From positions 64,001 to 128,000 of the forward strand of contig JBDGTS010000008.1 in NCBI GenBank assembly GCA_042216675.1: a stretch of 64,000 bases of DNA, in the 5' to 3' direction. Under the pieces are notes generated by a model. That model did no database searches, had not been told where the DNA came from, and saw only the letters and a program-made list of their open reading frames with translations. Shown piece after piece: positions 1-10,106 of this stretch (positions are counted from its first letter, which is position 1; each line of letters opens with the position of its first letter). The translations under genes were made by a program, and so were the position numbers. The DNA is from Halobacteriaceae archaeon. Its GTDB lineage: Archaea; Halobacteriota; Halobacteria; Halobacteriales; Halobacteriaceae.

Positions 1-860
1 ACCAGCCCGAGGACTGGAAACACGAGTTCAGCATCGCCCTCGCCGGTCCCGTGGTCAGCGTCGCCCTCGGGGCGCTCTCCTATGGGGCCTTGATGGTCCT
101 GCCCGCGTCGCTCGACACGGTGCGGTTCGTCGTCGGCTACCTCGCGTTGATGAACTTCGCGCTCGCGGCGTTCAACATGCTCCCCGGGTTCCCGATGGAC
201 GGCGGGCGGGTCCTCCGGGCGCTGCTGGCACGCGACCGGCCCTACGCCAGAGCGACCCAGATCGCGGCCGAGGTGGGCAAACTGTTCGCCATCCTGCTGG
301 GCATCGTCGGGCTCTTCGCCAACATCTTCCTCGTGCTCATCGCCCTGTTCATCTACGTCGGCGCGTCGGGTGAGGCCCAGCGCACGGTGATGAACGCCGC
401 GTTCGCGGACGTGTCGGTGCGGGACATCATGACGCCGGCAGACGACCTCGAAACCGTCACGCCCGAAACCTCCGTCGCGGATCTGCTGGACCGGATGTTC
501 CGGGAGCGCCACACGGGTTACCCGGTGCTGGAGAACGGGGGCCTCGTGGGTCTCGTGACGCTGGAGGACGCCCGCGAGGTGCCGGAGGTGGAGCGCGACG
601 CCTACCTCGTCGAGGACGTCATGACGCGGGACCTGATCACCGTCTCCGCCGACAGAAACGTGATGGACGCCTTCGACACGATGACGGAGAACGGCGTCGG
701 GCGCGTCCTCGTCGTCGACGACGACGGGAACCTCGTCGGCCTCCTCACCCGCACGGACATCATGACGGCGCTGAACATCATCCGCAACGCCGGGTTCGGC
801 CCCGGTGCCGCCTCCGCCGCCGACGCCGCGGCCGTCGAGTCGGGTGCGAGCAGTCCCTAG
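1..860 (+). CDS. Site-2 protease (M50) family zinc metalloprotease with C-terminal CBS pair, 5' truncated by window
   Basis: Frame open from window start (QPEDWKHEFSIALAGP); FNMLPGFPMDGGR M50 motif, TM helices, two CBS domains (HTGYPV, GRVLVVD...GLLTRTD). Confidence 0.9.
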   Translation, partial: QPEDWKHEFSIALAGPVVSVALGALSYGALMVLPASLDTVRFVVGYLALMNFALAAFNMLPGFPMDGGRVLRALLARDRPYARATQIAAEVGKLFAILLGIVGLFANIFLVLIALFIYVGASGEAQRTVMNAAFADVSVRDIMTPADDLETVTPETSVADLLDRMFRERHTGYPVLENGGLVGLVTLEDAREVPEVERDAYLVEDVMTRDLITVSADRNVMDAFDTMTENGVGRVLVVDDDGNLVGLLTRTDIMTALNIIRNAGFGPGAASAADAAAVESGASSP

Positions 861-1921
861 CTTTCGGTGTAGAGCGCCTTCAGCATCCCCCGGATGTAGC
901 CCGCCGTGAAGCCGTTGGCGCGGTGGCCCCACTGCGAGTCACCCTCCATCCGCGGCACGTGGTCGGGGAGGAGCGCACCGGTGAATCCGACCTCGTGGAG
1001 CGCTCTGAGCGCGTCGTACTCGTCGAAGTTCCCCTCGTCCACGAACGTCTCGTTGAACGACGGCATCGTTCCGGCCACGTCGCGGAAGTGGACGAACACG
1101 ATGTCGTCGCGTTCGCCGAAGTACTCGATGACCTCGCGCACGTCCTCGCCCATCTCGGAGAAACACCCCAGACAGAGTTTCAGCCCGTGGTTGTCGCTCG
1201 GGACGATATCCATCGCCTTCTTGAAGCTCTCGAAGTCACGGAGGAGGCGCGGAATGCCGCCCATCCGCTCGATGGTGGGCGGGTCGGCGGGATGGACGGC
1301 CATCTGGACGCCGTGTTCCTCGGCCACGGGTAGGACTTCTTCGAGGAAGTACTGGTAGTTGTCCCAGAACTCCGCCTCGGAGTACTCCGCGTCCGTCTCG
1401 CCGAACGGTGCCTCCGGCGACTCGATGTCGTCGGCGTCGAAGCCGGTGGCGCGCGCGCCGCCCCGGACCCGCTTCGAGCGTGAGGTCCGCATCGGCACGA
1501 GACCCCGCGGGTTCCACTGGTAGCCCAGAATCGGAATCTTGGCCTTGCCGAGGTTGCGAAGGAGCTCCTTCACGACCCCGATCTGCTTCTCCGCGCCCTC
1601 TCGGTCGAACATGATGTCGCCGTACACCGAGTAGGGCAGGGAGTGAATCCCCTCCAACTGGATCCCGTGTTCCTCGATTTTCGTGCGCGCCTGCACCAAC
1701 TCCTCGACGGAGGGGATGGTGTCACCGTCGAGGGTGAGCCGGTCCGTCGACCCGGTGTTGTCGATGAACTCGTCCGGCTCCTCCTCCACGCTGGAGTGGT
1801 CGAGGAAGACGCTCTCGACGCCGAGTTGCTTGATGTACCGCAGCCGTTCGTCGGAGAACTCCTGCGTTCGGAACCCGACGTGCATCCGCCGTGACGCCCC
1901 GTCGCCGGACGAATCGTCCAT
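857..1921 (-). CDS. uxuA: Mannonate dehydratase (UxuA family)
   Basis: FWDNYQYFLEEVLPVAEE, MAVHPADPP, LCLGCFSE, FVHFRDV, ETFVDEG, PDHVP, AGYIRG motifs; start taken at ATG 1921 (uncertain). Confidence 0.8.
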   Translation of the reverse strand: MDDSSGDGASRRMHVGFRTQEFSDERLRYIKQLGVESVFLDHSSVEEEPDEFIDNTGSTDRLTLDGDTIPSVEELVQARTKIEEHGIQLEGIHSLPYSVYGDIMFDREGAEKQIGVVKELLRNLGKAKIPILGYQWNPRGLVPMRTSRSKRVRGGARATGFDADDIESPEAPFGETDAEYSEAEFWDNYQYFLEEVLPVAEEHGVQMAVHPADPPTIERMGGIPRLLRDFESFKKAMDIVPSDNHGLKLCLGCFSEMGEDVREVIEYFGERDDIVFVHFRDVAGTMPSFNETFVDEGNFDEYDALRALHEVGFTGALLPDHVPRMEGDSQWGHRANGFTAGYIRGMLKALYTES

Positions 1922-2029
1922 AGAAATTGATGGGGAATACCCGGCAAAAAGATTCCGCAACCGGGTGTCCTCACGTCACCGAATCGTACACAATTTTTAT
2001 GCGGTGTCCCGCGGGAGCAATCCCACGGG

Positions 2030-2497
2030 ATGAGCGACCCAAAACTCTCCGGCGCGGAGATGGAGCGTACGATACGGGACTACTTCGACGCGTGCAACGC
2101 CGGCGACGTGGACGCCATCGCGTCGTTCTTCGCCGAGGACGGCGTCCACTACTTCCCGCCGGGGATGTACCGTGGCCCCTTCGAGGGCGGCCGGACCATC
2201 GGCGAACGCTGGGCCGAGGCCGTCGAGGAGTTGGGGTCCGTGTGGACCGTCGATACGGTGCTGACCGAACCCGAAACCGCACGGGCCACCATCGAGTGGA
2301 CGCATTTCAAGACCGCCGAGGGCACCGTCCTCCGCGGCGACGAGTGGTACGAGTTCGACCCGGAGACGGGCCTCATCGAGGAGATTCGGGCGTACTACGC
2401 CTCCCCACAGTCGGACGAACTGGTGCGCAACGAACTCGGTGGCTTCGACTACGAGACGCGGGGCTACCCCACCGAGTCGCCCATCGACCGGGACTAA
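2030..2497 (+). CDS. SnoaL/NTF2-like fold protein
   Basis: IRDYFDACNAGDVDAIASFFAED N-terminus, RGDEWYEF..GLIEEIRAYY. Confidence 0.8.
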   Translation: MSDPKLSGAEMERTIRDYFDACNAGDVDAIASFFAEDGVHYFPPGMYRGPFEGGRTIGERWAEAVEELGSVWTVDTVLTEPETARATIEWTHFKTAEGTVLRGDEWYEFDPETGLIEEIRAYYASPQSDELVRNELGGFDYETRGYPTESPIDRD

Positions 2498-2575
2498 GTC
2501 CTGTCACCGTCAGCGGGTTTTGCTACCACGACACACAGGGACAGGCTTATGTATTAATGATGGTGATGAACTCGT

Positions 2576-3715
2576 ATGTCTACGGACGAGGCGAGCGCCG
2601 ACGCCGAGACTGAACGTCCGACCGATGCGCCGCGAATCGAACTGCGTGACATCCGGAAAACGTTCAATCAGGGCAACGTCGTCGCCTGTGAGGACATCTC
2701 GCTCGAGATCGGGTCCGACGACTTCGTGGTGTTCCTCGGCCCCTCCGGCTGTGGCAAGACGACGACGCTTCGCTGTATCTCGGGTCTCGAAACGCCGGAC
2801 GAAGGCGCCATCCGCATCGACGGCGAGGACGTCACGGACCTGAAGCCCAAGGACCGTGACCTCGCCTTCGTCTTCCAGTCCATCGCGCTGTTCCCGCACA
2901 AGACGGTGCGGGCGAACATCCGCTTCGGCCTCGACATGAAGACGGACCTCCCGAAGGCCGAGAAGAACGACCGGGTCGACGAGGTAGCGGAGATGCTCGG
3001 CATCCGCGAACTCCTCGACCGGAAACCCGCGGCGCTCTCCGGCGGCCAGCAACAGCGGGTGAGTCTCGGCCGCGCGATGGTGATGGAGCCGGCGGCGTTC
3101 TTACTCGACGAGCCGTTCTCGGCGCTCGACGCGCAACTGCGGAGTCAGATGCGGACGGAGGTCAAGCGCCTCCAGCGGAAACTCGGGACGGCGATGGTGT
3201 TCGTCACCCACGACCAGGAGGAGGCGATGTCGCTGGGCGACAAAATCGTCATCATGAACGACGGCCGCATCCAGCAAGTGGGCGACCCACACGAGATCTA
3301 CAACGACCCGACCAACCTCTTCGTCGCGCGGTTCATCGGTTCCCCCTCCATCAACCAACTCGACGGCCGCATCGCCGACACGGACGGGGGCCTCACAGTC
3401 TCCACGGACCTGTTCGACGTGGACCTCACGACGGACGCGGCGCGCGCGGCGGCCGCCAGCGAGGGGGACGCGGTGACCCTCGCCGTTCGCCCGGAGCATC
3501 TCGACTTGCAGTCCGAGACGGCGCTGTTCGACGCGACCATCGACCTCGTCGAACCCCACGGCGACCGCGACGCCATCTACATCTCGGCCGGCGACGAGGA
3601 CCTCGCGGCCGTGGTCGATCAGGGCGCCCTCGGCAGCACGACCGGCCAGATTCAGGTCGACGTGGACCAAGCGGACGTCTGGCTCTTCGACGACCGCGGT
3701 GAGCGACTGGTCTGA
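2576..3715 (+). CDS. Carbohydrate ABC transporter ATP-binding protein (MalK-like)
   Basis: GPSGCGKT, LSGGQQQR, LLDEPFS, VTHDQEEA, C-terminal TOBE. Confidence 0.95.
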   Translation: MSTDEASADAETERPTDAPRIELRDIRKTFNQGNVVACEDISLEIGSDDFVVFLGPSGCGKTTTLRCISGLETPDEGAIRIDGEDVTDLKPKDRDLAFVFQSIALFPHKTVRANIRFGLDMKTDLPKAEKNDRVDEVAEMLGIRELLDRKPAALSGGQQQRVSLGRAMVMEPAAFLLDEPFSALDAQLRSQMRTEVKRLQRKLGTAMVFVTHDQEEAMSLGDKIVIMNDGRIQQVGDPHEIYNDPTNLFVARFIGSPSINQLDGRIADTDGGLTVSTDLFDVDLTTDAARAAAASEGDAVTLAVRPEHLDLQSETALFDATIDLVEPHGDRDAIYISAGDEDLAAVVDQGALGSTTGQIQVDVDQADVWLFDDRGERLV

Positions 3716-3853
3716 ACGGGCCGGGCGCGCACCGATTCCGGAGATTTTCGCGGGTATCGGGCGCCGTCCCTCGGTTTCCTGTTATTCTATGGTCACTATT
3801 CTCAATTAACTATCAGGTAGGTTTATCAATGACCATGATATTGTTGGAACAGT

Positions 3854-5299
3854 ATGCCAGAAGATGCCAGTGGAGGCACGGACGATGCCGGCACAAACGA
3901 CGATAACCGACTCCTCGGTGCGTCGCGTCGGCGCGCCCTGAAGTCCATCGGGGCGGCGGGCACCGCGGGACTCGCAGGCTGTAGCGGTATCACCGGCGGT
4001 GGCGGCGGTGGCGGCGGCAACGGAAGCGGCACCACCATCACGCTCTGGACGACGCTCCACGGGCAGTCCTCGGTGGCCGAACAGTTCCTCGCGGACACGA
4101 TTTCCACCTACGAGGAGGAGACCGGCAACTCGGTCAAGTGGATCAAGGAGACAGTCGCCAACGTCCAGAACGGGAACTGGCGCCAGCGGATGTCGCAGGG
4201 CCAGATTCCGACGCTGTACCAGACGGCCCCCTCGCGCATCGGCGGCCTCATCGACGGCGGCTACTACACCGCGTGGGGGTCCATCATGGACCAGCTCAGC
4301 GAGGACGTGATTTCGGGCACCGAGTGGGCCCAACCCGTCGTCAAGAACATCTACCGCGGCTTCGGCGGCGACAAACTCAAGACGGCGCTCCTCGGGTTCG
4401 TGATGCAGGAGCCGTTCGTGGCCCGCGCGGACCACTTCCAGAAGGCGGGCCTGAGCATCGAGGAGGACTTCCCGCCGAAGAGCTACGACGAACTCATCGA
4501 CATCGCGACGACCCTGCAGGAGAACGGGCCGGGCGACATCGGCTTCCAGGTCCACGGCGCGCCGGGCGACCTGATGGACGAAATCACGCCGACGTGGGCC
4601 CACCAGATCGGCGGCGAGACGGGCCTCTACGTCAACGAGGACTGGTCCGACACTCACCTCGACTCCGAGGCGTGGAAGACCTCCCTGCGCCGGCAGGTGG
4701 ACATCCACCGGAACAAGAAGCTCTCTTCAGAGAACGCCGCGACCACGTCCGACGAGGACGCGTGTCGCCTCCTCGCCAACGGCACGGCGAGCATGAGTCA
4801 GGTCGGGATGCTCAACTACGGCCTGTTCCAGAACCTCGCCCCCGACCTCTTGGAGAGCGGAGACCTCCGGTATGGCGCGAGTTGGGAGGGACAGTCCGGC
4901 TTCCGCGGCGAGTTCAACGCCACGGCGATGGCGCTCGGCTCCAAGCCGCCGAACATGGCGGCCTCGAAGTGGGAGAAGAAGAAGGAAGCCGGCATCAAGT
5001 TCCTCGACACGATGCTCAGCACCGAGGTGCAAAAGCAGGCCTTCGAGAAGTGGGGTCTCCTCCCGTTCAACCGGAACGCGTGGGAGGAGATTCCGACCCT
5101 CGAAAACAACGCCGTCGATGCCGGCATCAAAATCGCAGAGGGGTCCCAGTTCGGCTGGCAGGCCTTCCCGGAGATGGCCGCGGTCCAGTACAACATCCCG
5201 GGCCCCATCTTCCAGCAGGCGATGACCGGCGAACTCACGCCTGAGAAGGCGTGTGACCGCGCCGCCGAGCGCATCCGGGCGCAGGTGTTCAACCGGTAA
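3854..5299 (+). CDS. Carbohydrate ABC transporter substrate-binding lipoprotein (Tat-exported)
   Basis: SRRRALK twin-arginine motif, LAGC lipobox, Gly-rich linker, position in ABC cluster. Confidence 0.9.
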   Translation: MPEDASGGTDDAGTNDDNRLLGASRRRALKSIGAAGTAGLAGCSGITGGGGGGGGNGSGTTITLWTTLHGQSSVAEQFLADTISTYEEETGNSVKWIKETVANVQNGNWRQRMSQGQIPTLYQTAPSRIGGLIDGGYYTAWGSIMDQLSEDVISGTEWAQPVVKNIYRGFGGDKLKTALLGFVMQEPFVARADHFQKAGLSIEEDFPPKSYDELIDIATTLQENGPGDIGFQVHGAPGDLMDEITPTWAHQIGGETGLYVNEDWSDTHLDSEAWKTSLRRQVDIHRNKKLSSENAATTSDEDACRLLANGTASMSQVGMLNYGLFQNLAPDLLESGDLRYGASWEGQSGFRGEFNATAMALGSKPPNMAASKWEKKKEAGIKFLDTMLSTEVQKQAFEKWGLLPFNRNAWEEIPTLENNAVDAGIKIAEGSQFGWQAFPEMAAVQYNIPGPIFQQAMTGELTPEKACDRAAERIRAQVFNR

Positions 5300-5393
5300 C
5301 GCGCTCTCACCCGTGACCGCCCCGCTCCGCCGAATCGCACACAGCACGTCCGTTTCCAGCGGCGGGGTTCCGCCTGCCGAGTCCTAACTACAC

Positions 5394-6332
5394 ATGTCAA
5401 CAAACGTACTTACGCGCATCGCGAATCCCCGCGAGTCGTATCGGCGCGCCCGGGAGACGGTCCGGGAGCACTGGCTGTCGTATCTCCTGTTCGTCCCGAC
5501 GCTTCTGTTTTTACTCCTCGTCGTCTGGTTCCCGTTCTTCCGGGGCGTCTGGATGAGTTTCCACGTCTGGCCGGCGTTCGGCGAGACGAAGTTTGTCGGA
5601 CTGGAGAACTACGTCTACATCTTCGAGTGGGACACGTTCTGGGTGTCGGTGAAGGCGACGCTCATCTACATGACGATGACCGTCATCCAACTCGCCCTCG
5701 CGCTCGCGGCGACGCTGTCGGTGCGGAAACTCTCCCGCTTCGACGACCTCGCCGACGGCATCTTCCTCATCCCGTACACGATGCCGCCGGTGGTCACGGG
5801 GACCATCTGGCTGTACATCCTCAACCCGAACTACGGGCCGGTGTTCGGGTGGCTCACCGAGTGGGGGGTCCTGTCGAGTCCCATCTACTGGGGCATCAAC
5901 GGCGACTCCGCCATCACCGTCGTCACCCTCGTCGGCGCGTGGACGTTCTGGCAGTTCATGTACCTCATCTTCATCGCCTCGATACAGAGCATCCCGGACG
6001 AACACTACGAGACGGCGCGCGTCTACGGCGCGAACCGCATCCAGCGGTTCACCAACATCACCTTGCCGTACATGAAAAGCGCCATCCTCATCGCCATCAG
6101 CATCCGCATCATCCGCAATCTCGTGAAGGTGTCTCAACCCCTCCAGATGACCCAAGGGGGACCGGGCTACCAGTCGTCCGTGCTCGCGATTCTCCTGTAC
6201 CGCTTCACGCTGACCCAAGGGGACTACGGACTGGCGTTCACCATCGGCGTCATCATGTTCGTGCTCACCATCGGGTTCGCGTTCGTGTTCCTGCGTGAGT
6301 TCAACAAGAGCCGCGGAGGTGCAGGCGAATGA
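5394..6332 (+). CDS. Carbohydrate ABC transporter permease (MalF-like)
   Basis: 6 TM, FVGLENY, EAA-like IPDEHYETARVYGA, MTQGGPG. Confidence 0.93.
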   Translation: MSTNVLTRIANPRESYRRARETVREHWLSYLLFVPTLLFLLLVVWFPFFRGVWMSFHVWPAFGETKFVGLENYVYIFEWDTFWVSVKATLIYMTMTVIQLALALAATLSVRKLSRFDDLADGIFLIPYTMPPVVTGTIWLYILNPNYGPVFGWLTEWGVLSSPIYWGINGDSAITVVTLVGAWTFWQFMYLIFIASIQSIPDEHYETARVYGANRIQRFTNITLPYMKSAILIAISIRIIRNLVKVSQPLQMTQGGPGYQSSVLAILLYRFTLTQGDYGLAFTIGVIMFVLTIGFAFVFLREFNKSRGGAGE

Positions 6333-7159
6333 GCACCAGTAGCCGGTCGCTCTCCGACTGGTTCTGGACCCTGTCGAGTTACGGCGTCATCCTGTTCTTG
6401 GTGGCGCTCATCGTGGGTCCGTACCTCATCGTCGTCTCGTCGTCGTTCAAGTCGCCCCAAGCCGTCTTCGGCAGTCTCTACCTCATCCCGCAGGAACCGA
6501 CGCTGACGGCGTGGGAGAACGCCTTCGCGGACCTCAAACGGCCGCTCATCACGAGTTTCATCGTCGGCACGGGCACGGCGGTGCTGTCGCTGCTCATCTC
6601 CATCCCCGGCGCGTACGCCTTCGGCCGGAAGGACTTCCCCGGCAAGGAGGTGGGCTTCTACGTCATCATCGGGTCGCTTCTGTTCCCGTACATCATCCTC
6701 GTCATCCCCATCAGTTCGTGGTGGCTGGAGTACGGCCTCTACAACACCATCCCGGGCCTGTGGATCGCGTATCAGGCGTTCGTGACGCCGTTCGCGCTCT
6801 GGGTCCTGCGGGACTTCTTCGAGGGCCTTCCGGACAACTTAGAGGAGGCCGCACAGATGTACGGCTTGACGCAGTTTCAGGCGTTCGTGCGGGTCATCCT
6901 TCCGCTGGCCGGCCCGGCCATCATCGCCGTCGGGTTCCTCTCCTTTCTCTCGGGGTGGAACGACTTCCTGTTCTCGAACATCCTGACGAACAACCTCGGC
7001 CCCACCACGGCGCCGGTGGCCCTGTACAAGACGGTCCACTCCGGGGAGCAGATTCTCTGGAGTCGGATGATGGCTGCCACCATCATCATGGGGACGCCGC
7101 CGCTGGTGCTGTATCTGGTGGCGCGTCGGTACATCGGGAACGCGTTCGCGATGTCCTGA
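6329..7159 (+). CDS. Carbohydrate ABC transporter permease (MalG-like)
   Basis: LPDNLEEAAQMYG EAA motif, WNDFLF; ATGA overlap with previous gene. Confidence 0.93.
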   Translation: MSTSSRSLSDWFWTLSSYGVILFLVALIVGPYLIVVSSSFKSPQAVFGSLYLIPQEPTLTAWENAFADLKRPLITSFIVGTGTAVLSLLISIPGAYAFGRKDFPGKEVGFYVIIGSLLFPYIILVIPISSWWLEYGLYNTIPGLWIAYQAFVTPFALWVLRDFFEGLPDNLEEAAQMYGLTQFQAFVRVILPLAGPAIIAVGFLSFLSGWNDFLFSNILTNNLGPTTAPVALYKTVHSGEQILWSRMMAATIIMGTPPLVLYLVARRYIGNAFAMS

Positions 7160-7216
7160 CGCGTCCTGTCAGTTCTTCGCGAAAGCCGTTATGTCCATCC
7201 GTGCCCACCGGTACCC

Positions 7217-8146
7217 ATGACCGCTGCGGGACTCCGGGACGCCATCACCGGCATCGTGACGCCGTTCGACGACGACCTGAACGTGGACCACGCCGCCCTC
7301 GCCGCGAACGTCCGGGCGCTGTCGGGTCGCGGGGTGGACTCGTTTTTCGTCTGCTCGAACGTGAGCGAGTATCACTCGCTCTCGCCCGACGAACGCGTCG
7401 CGGTGACGGAGACGAGCATCGACGCACTTCCCGACGACGCGACGACGCTCGCGGGCGCCGGCGGATCCACGGCGGCCGCAATCGACTTCGCGACGACGGC
7501 CGAATCGCTCGGTGCCGACTACGTGATGGTGATGCCGCCCCACCACACGTACCGCCACGAGGGCGGCTTGCTCGACTACTACCGGAGAATCGGGGCCGCG
7601 GTGGACGTACCGCTGGTCCCGTATCTCCGCGGCTTCCGGCCGGACGCGTCGTTCGTCGCCGACCTCTCGCGTCTCGACTGCGTCGCCGGCATCAAGTGGA
7701 CGATTCCGGACGTGCCTCTGTTCGCCGAGGCCGTGGAGAAGGGCGGCGACGTGGTGTGGATAAACGGCCTCGGCGAACTCCACGCCGTCTCGCTCTACGC
7801 CGAGGGCGCGCGAGGGATGGCGACGGGCGTCGGGAACGTCTGGCCCGCCGTCGGACGCGCACTGTACGACGCCCTCGAGTGTGGCGACTTCGAGCGCGCC
7901 CGCGAGATTCGGGACGCGGTGGCGCCGTTCATGCGCTTCCGGCACGAGGCCGGGGAGGGCAACTCGCTCGGGCACGCCAACAGCATTCCCGCGCTGAAGG
8001 TGGCCCTCGAACGCGCGGGCCTCGCCGGCGGCCCGGTTCGGGAACCCCTCGTCGACCTCTCGGCGGCGGGCCGGGCGCGCGCCGAGAGTCTCTCCGACGA
8101 CGTGGCGGCCTTCGTCGACGCTGAACTGTCAGCCGACCCCCGATAA
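7217..8146 (+). CDS. DHDPS/KDG-aldolase/KDG-dehydratase family protein
   Basis: IVTPFDDD, SEYHSLS.DER, MPP, PYLR, catalytic-Lys GIKWT. Confidence 0.85.
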   Translation: MTAAGLRDAITGIVTPFDDDLNVDHAALAANVRALSGRGVDSFFVCSNVSEYHSLSPDERVAVTETSIDALPDDATTLAGAGGSTAAAIDFATTAESLGADYVMVMPPHHTYRHEGGLLDYYRRIGAAVDVPLVPYLRGFRPDASFVADLSRLDCVAGIKWTIPDVPLFAEAVEKGGDVVWINGLGELHAVSLYAEGARGMATGVGNVWPAVGRALYDALECGDFERAREIRDAVAPFMRFRHEAGEGNSLGHANSIPALKVALERAGLAGGPVREPLVDLSAAGRARAESLSDDVAAFVDAELSADPR

Positions 8147-8184
8147 CCCTCAACGCTTTTCGGCCCGGCTATGCATGGGAACAC

Positions 8185-8634
8185 ATGGCACTCGAAACGG
8201 TGTTGCTCGCGCTGAGCGAGAGCGACCGGGACCGCCTCGACCCCCTCCTCGAAACAGTCGTCGACGTCGCGGCCCCGGCGGACGCCGCGGTCGTCCTCAC
8301 ACACGTGTACACCCAGTCGGAGTTCGACGAGGTGGCGGCGAACCTCAATCTCGAGGGCGGCGGGGAACCGACGGCGGTGCAGGCGGCGCGCCGCGAGGCC
8401 GTCGTCCGAGACGTGAGCGAACGGCTGGACGACGCGGGCCTCTCGTACCGGGTCGAGTCCCAAATCGGCGACCACGGCGAGGCCATCGTCGACATCGCGA
8501 CACGGGAGGGGGTGGACCTCGTCGTCGTCAGCGGGCGGTCCCGCTCGCCCACCGGGAAGGCGGTGTTCGGGTCGACGGCACAGCGGGTGTTGCTGTCTTC
8601 GCCCGCGCCGGTCACCTTCGTCCGCGGCGACTGA
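8185..8634 (+). CDS. Universal stress protein
   Basis: GRSRSPTGKAVFGSTAQRVLL USP motif. Confidence 0.92.
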   Translation: MALETVLLALSESDRDRLDPLLETVVDVAAPADAAVVLTHVYTQSEFDEVAANLNLEGGGEPTAVQAARREAVVRDVSERLDDAGLSYRVESQIGDHGEAIVDIATREGVDLVVVSGRSRSPTGKAVFGSTAQRVLLSSPAPVTFVRGD

Positions 8635-8675
8635 GACGGCACACGATTTATAGCCGCGCACGGCGAATCGCCCAC

Positions 8676-8903
8676 ATGGAGGACTTCGAGCAACTCGTTT
8701 CGTCGCTCACCCCCCGCGAGGACACCGACTCCGTCAGCGTCTACCAGAACACCGTCGCCATCGCCTGTCCCGCCTGCGAGGAGCCGTTCGACGACATGAT
8801 CGTCTGCCGCGACGAGTACAACGAACTCGACTTGAGCGTCGCCCTCGACCTCTGCACGACTGTCCACGACGGCGACGTGGTGTTGTTCACGCACAAGCCC
8901 TGA
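8676..8903 (+). CDS. Small CPxC-containing haloarchaeal protein (75 aa)
   Basis: ATG at 8676, about 28 nt after TTTATA; acidic, CPAC motif; C-terminal part of track ORF 8175-8903. Confidence 0.75.
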   Translation: MEDFEQLVSSLTPREDTDSVSVYQNTVAIACPACEEPFDDMIVCRDEYNELDLSVALDLCTTVHDGDVVLFTHKP

Positions 8904-8942
8904 ACCGCGGGATTAAAGCCCGACCGTCGCCTTCCCCGTTCC

Positions 8943-9683
8943 GTGCGCGTCGAGAACAGTTTCATCGGTGTCGACGGCGTCGGCGAAGGGACCGAGCGGA
9001 CGCTCTGGGACCACGGCGTCAGACACTGGGACGACTTCGACCGCTCGGTGCCCGGCGTCGGCGACACCCGCGCCCGACGCATCGAGGCGTTCATCGAGGC
9101 GGGCCGGGAGGCCGTCGACGCGGGCGACGCCGCCTTCTTCGGCCGGCGCTTCCCCGACGACGCCCTCTGGCGCCTCCACGGCACCTTCGGCGACGACGCC
9201 TGCTTCCTCGACATCGAGACGACGGGTCTCGACCACTACGCCAACGACGTGACAACCGTCTCGCTCCACCGGGCCGGCGAGACGACGACGCTCGTGCAGG
9301 GCCGTGACCTCTCGGCCGCGGCGCTCCGGGCGGAACTCGACCCCGCGTCGTTTCTCGTCACGTTCAACGGCCGCCGCTTCGACGTGCCGTTCCTCGAAGC
9401 CGATCTCGACGTGGACGTGACCCTTCCCCACGTCGACCTCATGTACCCGTGTCGCCGCCTCGGCCTCACGGGCGGGCTGAAGGCCATCGAGCGCGAGATC
9501 GGCATCGACCGGGACGTGCCGGACCTCTCGGGCGAGGACGCGGTGCGCCTCTGGCGCGAGTACGAACGCGGCGACGACGACGCACTCGACACGCTCGTCG
9601 AGTACAACCGCGCGGACACGGTCAACCTCGCGACGCTTCTGGACCGCGTCGTCGCCGACCTGCGCGCCGACGTGTTCGAGTAG
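8943..9683 (+). CDS. YprB/RNase H-like (DEDD) exonuclease
   Basis: FLDIETTGL, LVTFNGRRFDVPFL, HVDL, GGLKAIE, YNRAD. Confidence 0.88.
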   Translation: MRVENSFIGVDGVGEGTERTLWDHGVRHWDDFDRSVPGVGDTRARRIEAFIEAGREAVDAGDAAFFGRRFPDDALWRLHGTFGDDACFLDIETTGLDHYANDVTTVSLHRAGETTTLVQGRDLSAAALRAELDPASFLVTFNGRRFDVPFLEADLDVDVTLPHVDLMYPCRRLGLTGGLKAIEREIGIDRDVPDLSGEDAVRLWREYERGDDDALDTLVEYNRADTVNLATLLDRVVADLRADVFE

Positions 9684-10025
9684 TCACTCCTCGGTCGCCC
9701 ACACGTCTGTCAGCCGGTACTCCTCGTGGTAGTGCGAGCCGTTGCCCTTGAGCGTCCGCCCGGCGGCGTACAGCACGTCGTCCAGCCACCCGAAGGCGAT
9801 GAGCGGCCCCATGCTCCGGGGGACGGCGGAACTCCGCCAGATGCTGTCGTCGCTGATGGAGAGGTCGAGGTAGAAGTCGACGCCGCAGTCGGAACAGACC
9901 GCTTCCGCAGTCACTTCCGGGAGGGGGACGCCGTCAGCGTGGAAGTCGCCACGGGGGTCCGCGAGTCGCCACTCGCCGGACCCACAGACGGGACAGCCGG
10001 GACCGAGGTCCGTCCGGGACTTCAT
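9684..10025 (-). CDS. Small putative zinc-finger protein (CPVCG...CSDCG), 113 aa
   Basis: ATG at 10025 preceded by GAGGGG; two CxxCG motifs; tail of 923-aa shadow ORF; fills gap between exonuclease and helicase. Confidence 0.6.
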   Translation of the reverse strand: MKSRTDLGPGCPVCGSGEWRLADPRGDFHADGVPLPEVTAEAVCSDCGVDFYLDLSISDDSIWRSSAVPRSMGPLIAFGWLDDVLYAAGRTLKGNGSHYHEEYRLTDVWATEE

Positions 10026-10106
10026 GTCGGCCCCCTCTCGGCGAACTGACTTATCTTCTCCGGGCGCTGTCGATACCCCTATCCGCCGCCGGCCCGACCC
10101 ACCGGT

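Noticed and set aside
3993-4030. GGC/GGT run
   Set aside because: Gly linker after the lipobox, usual in haloarchaeal lipoproteins
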